Shown: positions 18,284 to 25,657 of the stretch, piece after piece | Position numbering within the stretch: position 1 is the stretch's first letter | Layout: the number at the start of each line of letters is the position of its first letter | NCBI GenBank assembly: GCA_024404275.1 | Contig: JAKSQG010000004.1 | Location: 1-26,831 of the forward strand | Source: Clostridia bacterium | Lineage (GTDB): Bacteria > Bacillota > Clostridia > Christensenellales > Aristaeellaceae | Direction: 5' to 3' | DNA: 26,831 bases | Notes under the pieces: generated by a model | What the model was told of the DNA's origin: nothing | Seen by the model: the letters and a program-made list of their open reading frames with translations, nothing else | Databases searched by the model: none | Program-made: the position numbers and the translations under genes

Positions 18284-19287
18284 TGTGCCGCCTCCAGAAT
18301 GCCGCGAAGCTCTTTGGTGGTGATATCCCGGGCCTGCCAGGAACCGATTTCAGGCACGGTGATAACGGTCACCTTGCCGTTGCGGAACTTTTTATCATGC
18401 AGCATGGCGTCAAACACTTTGTCCGCATCGACATCGCAATGTGTGGGAAGCCCCAGCCGTTCCAGAACGCGGAGCAGCCTTTCTCTGACATTGCCTTCGC
18501 ACATGGGGATCATGCCCAGTGCCACGCACTCGCCGTGATACAAGCCGAGTCCCTGCGCCTCATAGCCATGACCGATGGTGTGACCGAGGTTCAGGATCTT
18601 CCGCAGTCCCTGTTCCTTTTCATCCTGCTCCACCACGTCCTTTTTGATCTGCAGGGCACGGGTGATAATGGCTTCGATGTTTTCGGCAATGTCCGCGGTC
18701 TCAAACATTTCAAACAGCACCTTGTCGCTGGTCATGCCCATTTTGACGGCCTCGGCAAGGCCGCTCGCGTACTGCCGCTTGTCCTGCGTCAGCGGCAGGT
18801 CGGGGTCTACGATGACGGCTTTCGGCTGCCAGAAAGCGCCCACGATGTTTTTGATGCCGCCGAAATTGATGGCCGTCTTGCCGCCGATGGAGGAGTCCAC
18901 CTGCGACAGCGTGGTCGTGGGAATATTATAGAAATCAATACCGCGCATATAGGCGGAGGCGGCAAAGCCCGTCAGGTCACCCGCCATGCCGCCGCCGACG
19001 GCCACACAGCAGTCGCCGCGGGTAAAGCTGTTTTCCAGCATTGCGGTCAAAAGGCGCTGCCAGCCGTCCACGCTCTTGCTTTTTTCGCCCTGCGGCAGTG
19101 TCACGATAACGGGGCTTTTGCACTGCGCGGCGACCCTGCGGGCATAGTCCTCGGGCACGCCGTCATCTGTCACCACCAGCACGCGGCGGTTCAAATTCAT
19201 CAGTTTTCCGGCCTGGTCGATCAGCCCGCGGCCGATGTGAATATCATAGCTGTTTTCACCCAGGTTCATGTGCAGCATGTCGGTCAC
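18280..19287 (-). CDS. aroB: 3-dehydroquinate synthase
   Basis: GGGMAGDLTGFAASAYMRGIDFYNIPTT and GHTIGH motifs of AroB. The start is either GTG 19287 or, more likely, ATG 19278, which lies 6 nt after GAGGTG. Stop TGA. Confidence 0.9.
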   Translation of the reverse strand: MTDMLHMNLGENSYDIHIGRGLIDQAGKLMNLNRRVLVVTDDGVPEDYARRVAAQCKSPVIVTLPQGEKSKSVDGWQRLLTAMLENSFTRGDCCVAVGGGMAGDLTGFAASAYMRGIDFYNIPTTTLSQVDSSIGGKTAINFGGIKNIVGAFWQPKAVIVDPDLPLTQDKRQYASGLAEAVKMGMTSDKVLFEMFETADIAENIEAIITRALQIKKDVVEQDEKEQGLRKILNLGHTIGHGYEAQGLGLYHGECVALGMIPMCEGNVRERLLRVLERLGLPTHCDVDADKVFDAMLHDKKFRNGKVTVITVPEIGSWQARDITTKELRGILEAAQ

Positions 19288-19315
19288 CTCATATCTTTAC
19301 AAAAAACCATTATGT

Positions 19316-19344
19316 ATTATACGTGTGACGCCCTTTTTCGTCAA
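19316..19344 (-). promoter_or_regulatory. Near-consensus sigma-A promoter for the aro operon
   Basis: Minus-strand TTGACG (19344-19339), 17 nt spacer, TATAAT (19321-19316). Confidence 0.6.
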
Positions 19345-19377
19345 GGCAACGGGTTTTGTATTTCTGTTGTACTACGC

Positions 19378-19406
19378 TTGACAGATCATACAGGCCGTGC
19401 TAAATT
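19378..19406 (+). promoter_or_regulatory. Sigma-A promoter for the T-box leader
   Basis: TTGACA (19378-19383), 17 nt spacer, TAAATT (19401-19406) preceded by an extended TGn. Confidence 0.55.
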
Positions 19407-19418
19407 GTATACACAAAC

Positions 19419-19668
19419 CGACGACGCAGAGAAAAGCCGGAGAGGTCTGATTCAGCGAGGGAAGGACAGTGCAAGCTTCCAGCAGACGGCCGGGTAATAT
19501 GGACTGCGGAGGGCAGCCATGAATAGGCTGACGGCAGACGCCCGTTACAGCGCCGCGGATATGATGGTATCCGGCTGAGGGGTTTTGTCATAAAACCCAA
19601 AGACAAGGTGGCACCGAGAACAATGATTTGTTCGCCCTTGATTACACAAAGTAATCAGGGGCGTTTTT
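19419..19668 (+). promoter_or_regulatory. T-box riboswitch leader, tryptophan specifier (UGG)
   Basis: Stem I lower helix is CGCAG (19425-19429) / CUGCG (19504-19508). The specifier loop 3' side is GUAAUA-UGG-A, with UGG at 19500-19502. An AGAGG bulge and an AGUGCAAG distal loop are present. Stem III is GGGUUUU..AAAACCC (19579-19597). The T-box sequence is CAAGGUGGCACCGAG, with a UGGC bulge at 19609-19612; C matches the G73 discriminator of bacterial tRNA-Trp. The antiterminator (19604-19608/19636-19640 and 19618-19623/19628-19633) competes with a 13-bp terminator (19633-19645/19651-19663) followed by TTTTT. Confidence 0.85.
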
Positions 19669-19685
19669 CTTTGGAGGCAAGAGCA

Positions 19686-20612
19686 ATGAAGCGTAAAACC
19701 GTCATCCTCGGCGCGGGGCATGTGGGCAGCCATGTGGCGTCCATGCTCGCCGCCCGGAATGTGTGTGAGGAGATCGTACTGGTCGATCTCATACCCGAAA
19801 AAGCCGCGGCACAGGCACTGGATGTGGCGGACAGCGTATCCTCCCTTCCGGGAAGCGCTATTGTGAGGGCGGGAGAGCATGCCGAATGCGCGGATGCTGA
19901 CCTTATCATCTGCGCCATCGGCGAGCCCCGCAAGCCCGGTCAGACACGGCTGGACCTGCTCGACCGTTCGGTGGTGCTGTGCGGCGCGCTGATCGAACAG
20001 CTCAAAAGCATTACGATCACTTGCCCCGTGATGACCATCACGAACCCCGCGGACATCGTCGCCCACCTGATGCGTAAGGGGCTTGGACTTCCCAGAGAAA
20101 AATGCTTTGGTACAGGCACCTTGCTGGACACTGCCCGCCTCAGACGCATCACGGCGGAAAAGCTCGGCATCGACCGCCGCAGCGTGCAGGTATTCGCCCT
20201 TGGCGAGCACGGTGACAGCTCGGTGGCGGCACTCTCCTGCGGCACGGCGATGGGACAGCCGCTGGAAGCCTTCTCCCTCCCGGCGGAGGAGATGGAAAAT
20301 GCCATGCGGATGGCGGGGATGGACATCATCAACGGCAAAGGCTCCACGGAGTTTGGCATCGGCGCGGCGGCGGCGGATATGGCACTCGCCATCCTGCGGG
20401 ATGAAAAGCGTGTGATGCCCGCCAGCGTACAGCTGATGGGCGAATACGGAGCCCGCGATATCCACTGCGGCGTGCCCTGCATCATCGGTGCAAACGGCAT
20501 TGAAAAGATCATCGAACTGCCGCTTAACGAAAGAGAACAGACCGCCCTGAAGCATTCGCTTCAGGTCATCCAAACCCACACGCAAAAAGCCCTGTGCGCT
20601 TACGGCTCTTAA
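19686..20612 (+). CDS. LDH/MDH-superfamily L-2-hydroxyacid dehydrogenase
   Basis: ILGAGHVGS Rossmann motif, GEPRKPGQTRLDL loop, TNPADIV, LDTARLR and GEHGDS catalytic motifs. ATG 19686 lies 8 nt after GGAGG. The 19608 ORF start is rejected because it lies inside the T-box terminator. Stop TAA. Confidence 0.8.
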   Translation: MKRKTVILGAGHVGSHVASMLAARNVCEEIVLVDLIPEKAAAQALDVADSVSSLPGSAIVRAGEHAECADADLIICAIGEPRKPGQTRLDLLDRSVVLCGALIEQLKSITITCPVMTITNPADIVAHLMRKGLGLPREKCFGTGTLLDTARLRRITAEKLGIDRRSVQVFALGEHGDSSVAALSCGTAMGQPLEAFSLPAEEMENAMRMAGMDIINGKGSTEFGIGAAAADMALAILRDEKRVMPASVQLMGEYGARDIHCGVPCIIGANGIEKIIELPLNEREQTALKHSLQVIQTHTQKALCAYGS

Positions 20613-20662
20613 AAAGAGCGTAACGATAAAAAAGAAACCCAAATAATAAGGAGGAACAAACC

Positions 20663-21640
20663 ATGAAAAAGCTGCTTTCCGTCATCCTGACCCTCGCTCT
20701 GCTGCTCTCCTGCACCGCCGCGCTGGCGGACACCTACCGCATCGCCATCGTGCAGCCTTTGACCCACACCTCCCTTGACCAGATCCGTGAAACCATCGTA
20801 AAAGAACTGAATGCCTCCGGTGATAAAGACATCGAGATCCTGACCGCCAACGCCAACGGCGACGGCTCCGCCCTGTACAACATCATCAGCAAGTATCAGG
20901 CTGAAAGCGTTGACATGATCATTGCCATCGCCACCTCCACCGCCCAGACGGCCAAGTCCGTGTACATCGGTACCGATACCCCCGTCATCTTCTCCGCTGT
21001 TTCCGACCCCAATGCCGCCGGCATGGTGGGCGATGACTGCGCCAACATCACGGGCGTGAGCAACAACATTCCCGCTGCCGAGATCGTCAAGCTGATCTTC
21101 AACTTCCAGCCCGATTGCAAAAAGATCGGTTTCGTCTACACCTCCAGCGAGGCCAACTCCGTCAGCACCATCCGTGCCGCCAAGGCCTACTGCGAAGCCG
21201 AAAACATCGCTTATGAAGAAGTTTCCATCTCCAACCTGAGCGAACTGCAGACCGCCGTTGAGACCCTCATCACCAAGGGTGTCGATGCCCTGTACACCGG
21301 CAACGACAACTCCATCGCTTCCGCCATGGCGACCTACACCGATGTGGCCTATACCGCCGGCATCCCCGTGTACTGCGGCGCTGACTCCATGGTCGCGGAC
21401 GGCGGCTTTGCCACCATCGGCGTCAACTATGTCCAGCTGGGTGAGCAGACCGCCGCGATGGCGCTGCGCATCAAGAACGGTGCTGCCATTGCCGACAATC
21501 CCTATGAGACCTTGACCAACTATGCCAAGTTCGTCAACATGCAGGCCGTTGAACGCTTTGGCGGCAACTTTGCCGAAAGCGCTTATGAAGGCTATACCGT
21601 GCTGGTCGAAGCCGACGGCACCAACCATTTCGGCGAGTAA
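20663..21640 (+). CDS. ABC transporter substrate-binding lipoprotein (ABC_sub_bind / TrpX-like family)
   Basis: Signal peptide with lipobox LLLSC. IAIVQPLTHTSLDQ motif typical of the COG2984 family. AAGGAGG RBS. Stop TAA. Confidence 0.8.
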   Translation: MKKLLSVILTLALLLSCTAALADTYRIAIVQPLTHTSLDQIRETIVKELNASGDKDIEILTANANGDGSALYNIISKYQAESVDMIIAIATSTAQTAKSVYIGTDTPVIFSAVSDPNAAGMVGDDCANITGVSNNIPAAEIVKLIFNFQPDCKKIGFVYTSSEANSVSTIRAAKAYCEAENIAYEEVSISNLSELQTAVETLITKGVDALYTGNDNSIASAMATYTDVAYTAGIPVYCGADSMVADGGFATIGVNYVQLGEQTAAMALRIKNGAAIADNPYETLTNYAKFVNMQAVERFGGNFAESAYEGYTVLVEADGTNHFGE

Positions 21641-21658
21641 GCAAAAGCGGATAACTGA

Positions 21659-21680
21659 CCGGAAGCCCTCGGGCTTCCGG
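21659..21680 (+). other. Intra-operon GC-rich hairpin after the binding-protein gene
   Basis: CCGGAAGCC-CTCG-GGCTTCCGG, a 9-bp stem, with only a weak T tract after it. Likely an mRNA stabiliser or partial attenuator, as is common after ABC binding-protein genes. Confidence 0.4.
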
Positions 21681-21709
21681 ATTTCCGCTGTTCCGAAGGA
21701 GGAAAAACC

Positions 21710-22663
21710 GTGGTTCTGATCAATATGCTGATCTCCGCCATCAGTCAGGGACTTTTGTATGCTCCCATGGCGCTGGGCGTATTTGTCACCTTCAAAATTC
21801 TGAAAACGCCCGACCTGACCGTGGATGGCAGCTTTGTTGTGGGTATGACCGTCTGCGCTGCCGTGACCATTGCGGGCTACCCCGTGCTGGCACTGTTTGC
21901 AGCCCTTGCGGCGGGAGCCATCGCCGGTCTTTGTACGGCACTGCTGCAGACCAGGCTCAAGATCGAACCCATTCTGTGCGGCATTCTCGTGGCGACCGGT
22001 CTGTATACGGTCAATTATGCTGTATTGGGCGGTCAGAGCAACCTTTATCTGCAGCGTCAGGTGATGAATGCCGCAGGCTATCCCGTCAATCAGGCGGCGG
22101 ATACGGTCTACAAAAGCTTTGGTCAGCTGCTCAATCCTTTGGGCGGTCAGTGGAAAAACACCAACACGCAGGTTATGCTGCTGACGCTGGGCATCGTGCT
22201 GGTGCTGGTCGTGCTCCTTGGTATCTTCTTCTTCACCCGTCCCGGCATGGCCATTCGCGGCACCGGCGACAATGAAGAAATGGTGCGTTCCTCCTCCATC
22301 AATGCCGATCTGACGCGTACCGCCGGCATCATGCTGGCCAACGCGCTGGTGGCCTTCAGCGGCGGTCTGCTCTGTCAGCAGCAGCGCTATGCCGATCTGA
22401 ACTGCGGCAGCGGCATGCTGGTCATGGGTCTGGCTTCCGTCATCATCGGTCAGGTGCTGGGCGGCAACCGCGGCCTGATCGTGGGTCTGATTTCTGCGGC
22501 AGGCGGCTCCATCCTGTACCGCATCGTGCTGCAGCTGGCTTACAGCATCGATCTGCCGTCCTATTCCGTTAAGCTCCTGTCCACGCTCATCGTCATCGTG
22601 GCGCTGGGTGTGCCGCTGCTCAAAAAGCACGGTTTCAAGCTTCCGGGAGGGAAAAAGGCATGA
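21710..22663 (+). CDS. ABC transporter permease (COG4120 / TrpY-like)
   Basis: 317 aa polytopic protein. GTG start 8 nt after GGAGG. Stop TGA overlaps the ATPase ATG (ATGA). Confidence 0.8.
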   Translation: MVLINMLISAISQGLLYAPMALGVFVTFKILKTPDLTVDGSFVVGMTVCAAVTIAGYPVLALFAALAAGAIAGLCTALLQTRLKIEPILCGILVATGLYTVNYAVLGGQSNLYLQRQVMNAAGYPVNQAADTVYKSFGQLLNPLGGQWKNTNTQVMLLTLGIVLVLVVLLGIFFFTRPGMAIRGTGDNEEMVRSSSINADLTRTAGIMLANALVAFSGGLLCQQQRYADLNCGSGMLVMGLASVIIGQVLGGNRGLIVGLISAAGGSILYRIVLQLAYSIDLPSYSVKLLSTLIVIVALGVPLLKKHGFKLPGGKKA

Positions 22664-23445
22664 ACGACTGTGAATTGAACATTCAAAACCTGACCAAATG
22701 CTTCGAAAAAGGCACCGCCAATGAAAAGGTTGCGCTTGACCATCTGAATCTGATGGTTCCTGCCGGACAGTTTGTTACTGTGCTGGGCACCAACGGCAGC
22801 GGCAAAAGCACGCTGTTCAATGCCATTCTGGGCAAGCTGCGTCCCGATGAGGGCACCATTCTGCTGGGCGGTGAGGATATCACCCGACAGAAGGATTACA
22901 AACGTGCCCTGAACATCGGCTGTCTGTACCAGAATCCCCTGCGCGGCACGGCGCCCGATATGACCATTGAGGAAAACCTCGCCCTGGCCTATACCCGCAA
23001 ATCCTCGCGTTCCTTTTTTGCCGTCAACCGTCGGGACAGCGCTTACTTCCGTGAACTGTTGGCTACCCTGAATATGGGCCTGTAGGACCGTATGAAGACC
23101 CGCATGGGACTGCTCTCCGGCGGACAGCGACAGGCAGCGTCGCTCCTGATGGCGACCATCGCCAAACCGCGACTGCTGCTGCTCGATGAGCACACCGCTG
23201 CCCTTGACCCCGGCGCGGCGGACAAGGTGATGGAACTGACCAAACGCATCACAGCGGAGCAGGGCATCACCACCCTGATGGTCACGCATGATATGGATTA
23301 CGCGCTCAGCATTGGTACCCGTACCATTATGCTGTCCGCGGGAAAAGTGGTCATGGATATCAGCGGGGAAGAGCGTGAGCAGATGACCTCCGGTCATCTG
23401 GCAGAGCTGTTCTACACTGCCCGTCAGAAAAAGCTCGGACAATAA
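22660..23445 (+). CDS. ABC transporter ATP-binding protein (COG1101 / TrpZ-like) with one in-frame TAG at 23083-23085
   Basis: Walker A GTNGSGKST and the Q-loop lie before the TAG. The LSGGQRQA signature, Walker B LLLLDEHTAALD and H-loop MVTHDM follow in the same frame (...LATLNMGL-TAG-DRMKTRMGLLSGGQRQA...). Read through, the protein is 261 aa, normal for this family. Stop TAA. Confidence 0.85.
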
Positions 23446-23466
23446 CACAGCAATATACGAAAAAGC

Positions 23467-23496
23467 AACACTCCGGCTTTGTCGGAGTGTTGTTTT
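23467..23496. terminator. Rho-independent terminator (ABC operon / azlD convergent)
   Basis: AACACTCCG / CGGAGTGTT 9-bp stem (23467-23475 / 23483-23491) followed by GTTTT. An A-run lies upstream. Confidence 0.7.
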
Positions 23497-23512
23497 ATAA
23501 TAGGTAAAACGA

Positions 23513-23809
23513 TCAGATGAGCCCTACCAGAAAGGCGACGGCGCAGGCGGCGACAGCCACGGTCAGCAGCTTTTGTTTGCACAGTGCCAGCACGATGGCG
23601 GCGGCAAAGGCGGCGATGCCGGCAGCATCATTGCCCGTTGCGTGGATCATGGCGGGAAAGGTCATGGCGGCCAGCGTCACATAGGGCACATAATACAGAA
23701 AAGAACGGATAAAACGGTTGGTGATGGGGCGGCGGATCAGTGTGAGCGGCAGCACACGCAGTGCGTAGGTCACAAGCGCGATCAGAAAGATATAGCCGAG
23801 ATTGCTCAT
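23513..23809 (-). CDS. azlD: AzlD-family branched-chain amino acid transport protein
   Basis: 98 aa hydrophobic protein. ATGA overlap with the azlC stop. Stop TGA. Confidence 0.8.
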   Translation of the reverse strand: MSNLGYIFLIALVTYALRVLPLTLIRRPITNRFIRSFLYYVPYVTLAAMTFPAMIHATGNDAAGIAAFAAAIVLALCKQKLLTVAVAACAVAFLVGLI

Positions 23810-24513
23810 GCTTTTTCTTCCTCCTTTACGGGAAACAGCAGCGCGGCGGCAGCGGAGAGCCCCACAGTGATCAGCAGCACGCTCATGGCGTCGGTCATGA
23901 AGGAAAGATGGGAGGCAATAAAGCTGAGCAGCATTGCCAGAATCACTACACCTGCGACCACGCGATTTTCTTTTGCCGGCGGTACGATGATGGCAATGAA
24001 CATACCGTACAGTCCCACGCCAAGAGCATTGACGACATTCGCGGGAAGCACATTGCCCATGACCACGCCCAGCAGCGTACCCAACGCCCAGCCGGGGCTG
24101 GCGACGCTGAAGGCACCGTAGCTGTACACGGGGTTCAGGGAGCCGGGATAGGCAGCGGAAATGGCAAAGATCTCATCCGTCACACAGTCGCCCAGCAGCA
24201 GCCGCTGCCACAGCGGCACAGAAGGGGAAAGCTTCTGACAAAGGGCGCAGCTCATCAGCAGATAGCGTGCGTTAATGACTGCCGTCATCAGGATGACCAT
24301 CCACACCGAGGATTGGGCGGCGATCATTTTGAAACCCTGATATTCGCCGGCGGAGGCATTGGTCAGCAGGGAAGAAAGCGTGGCCTCAGCTGCGGTCAGG
24401 CCGCACTGGCGGGCGTAGATACCCAACGCAAAGGAGACGGCAAAATAACCGGCCGCGATGGGCAGCCCGTCCCTGATGCCGCGCAGATACGCGGCTTTGT
24501 TTCCATTGCTCAT
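23806..24513 (-). CDS. azlC: AzlC-family amino acid exporter/permease subunit
   Basis: 235 aa. The N-terminus (YLRGIRDGLPIAAGYFAVSFALG) is typical of AzlC. GGAGGG RBS. Stop TGA. Confidence 0.85.
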   Translation of the reverse strand: MSNGNKAAYLRGIRDGLPIAAGYFAVSFALGIYARQCGLTAAEATLSSLLTNASAGEYQGFKMIAAQSSVWMVILMTAVINARYLLMSCALCQKLSPSVPLWQRLLLGDCVTDEIFAISAAYPGSLNPVYSYGAFSVASPGWALGTLLGVVMGNVLPANVVNALGVGLYGMFIAIIVPPAKENRVVAGVVILAMLLSFIASHLSFMTDAMSVLLITVGLSAAAALLFPVKEEEKA

Positions 24514-24552
24514 ACATACCCTCCACGGGAAAAAATCAGACAGCGCCTATTG

Positions 24553-24593
24553 TAAAACAAACCTCCGCCGTTGTAAAGCACAATCGGCGGAGA
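24553..24593 (-). terminator. Rho-independent terminator after the histidine kinase gene
   Basis: Minus-strand CTCCGCCG..CGGCGGAG stem (plus coordinates 24563-24570 / 24585-24592) followed by GTTTGTTTT. Confidence 0.6.
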
Positions 24594-24598
24594 AAGGG

Positions 24599-25657
24599 TT
24601 ATTTTGCCGCGCTGTCAAGCGGCAGACAGACCGAAAATGTGCTGCCTTTACCGGGAACACTCTCGGCATGGATGGTGCCGCCCGAAAGCTTGATGATGCG
24701 CTGCACCATGGTCAGCCCCAGACCGTTGCCTTCCCCATGATGCGCTTTGTCACCCTGATAGAATTTTTCAAAAATATGCGCCAGTGTCTCCTCTGTCATG
24801 CCGATGCCCGTGTCGCCAAAGCGGATGATCGCCTGCCGCCCTTCGACTTTCAGGGAGACCGAGATGGTACCGCCCTCTGGCGTGAACTTGATGGCGTTGT
24901 TCAAAAGATTGATCCACGCCTGCTCCAGCATCTGCTTGTTGCCGCGGCAGCGAAGCTCGACAAGGTCGATGTCGAGCATCAGCTCTTTGGCCTCCCATTG
25001 CTTTTCAAGCAGCAGTATGCAGGAGCGCAGCTGTTCATCGAGGGAGAACTCGGTCTTTTCTGTCACAATCTATTGCGCTTCCAGCTTCGAAAGCAAAAGG
25101 ATGTTGGTGGCAAGGCTTGCCAGCCGCTCGGATTCATCGGCAATAATGGTAGCGTATTCCCGCCGCTCCGCATCGGTCAGGTCCTCCCTCTGCAGCTGGC
25201 GGGCAAAACCGCGGATGGAAACGATGGGCGTTTTGAACTCGTGGGAAAAACTGTTGATAAAGTCGTTGCGGAACATTTCGATGCCGCTCAGCTCCTGCGT
25301 CATGCGGTTGAAGGAGCGGATCAGATCGTTCATTTCATCCGAGTCTTCTCCTTCATTTTCGGGCAGCTTGACCGAAAAATCTCCCTTTGCAACGCGCTCG
25401 GTGGCGTCCTTGATCTGCATGATGGGACTCAGAAAGTATTTGCCGATCCACGCGGTGATGACGGTGGCGATGATGCCGGAAATCAGCACCAGCCGCACAG
25501 GGGACAAGACCTGTGTCAAAAGCATTGCCGCGTAGGGCGTGCCGGGGAACAACTGCGCCGAAAAATACAGCGCGCTGGTCAGAAAGTTGGAGAGCAGCAT
25601 GATAAAGAACACATACAGCACCAGGCGCATGCGCAGGCTGCCCATACGGTTTCTCAT
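24599..25657 (-). CDS. Sensor histidine kinase with one in-frame TAG (plus-strand CTA at 25070-25072)
   Basis: The two listed ORFs (25070..25657 and 24599..25066) share one frame and are separated only by TAG plus one codon. The junction reads ...LLLSKLEAQ-TAG-IVTEKTEFSLDEQLR... The upstream half has two TM segments, HAMP and the H-box SHEFKTP. The downstream half has the N (LLNNAIKF), G1 (FGDTGIG) and G2 (GNGLGL) boxes. There is no RBS or ATG for the downstream half. Stop TAA. Confidence 0.85.

Noticed and set aside
19608-19685. Upstream extension of the dehydrogenase ORF (starting at 19608).
   Set aside because: It would be translated through the T-box antiterminator and terminator. The Rossmann motif and a GGAGG RBS fit ATG 19686.
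5920-25657. Pyrrolysine as the explanation for the in-frame TAGs.
   Set aside because: The affected genes are housekeeping or signalling genes rather than methylamine methyltransferases. No pylTSBCD genes or PYLIS-like shared hairpin are visible in the window. It cannot be fully excluded without the whole genome, so it stays as a check under the main finding.
5920-25657. Simple pseudogenisation or split genes as the explanation for the four TAGs.
   Set aside because: All four lesions are the same codon, and there are no frameshifts or other nonsense codons. The downstream parts lack start codons and RBS. Conserved motifs are intact after each TAG, and TAG is never used as a genuine terminator in the window. 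Sequencing error remains possible and needs read-level confirmation.
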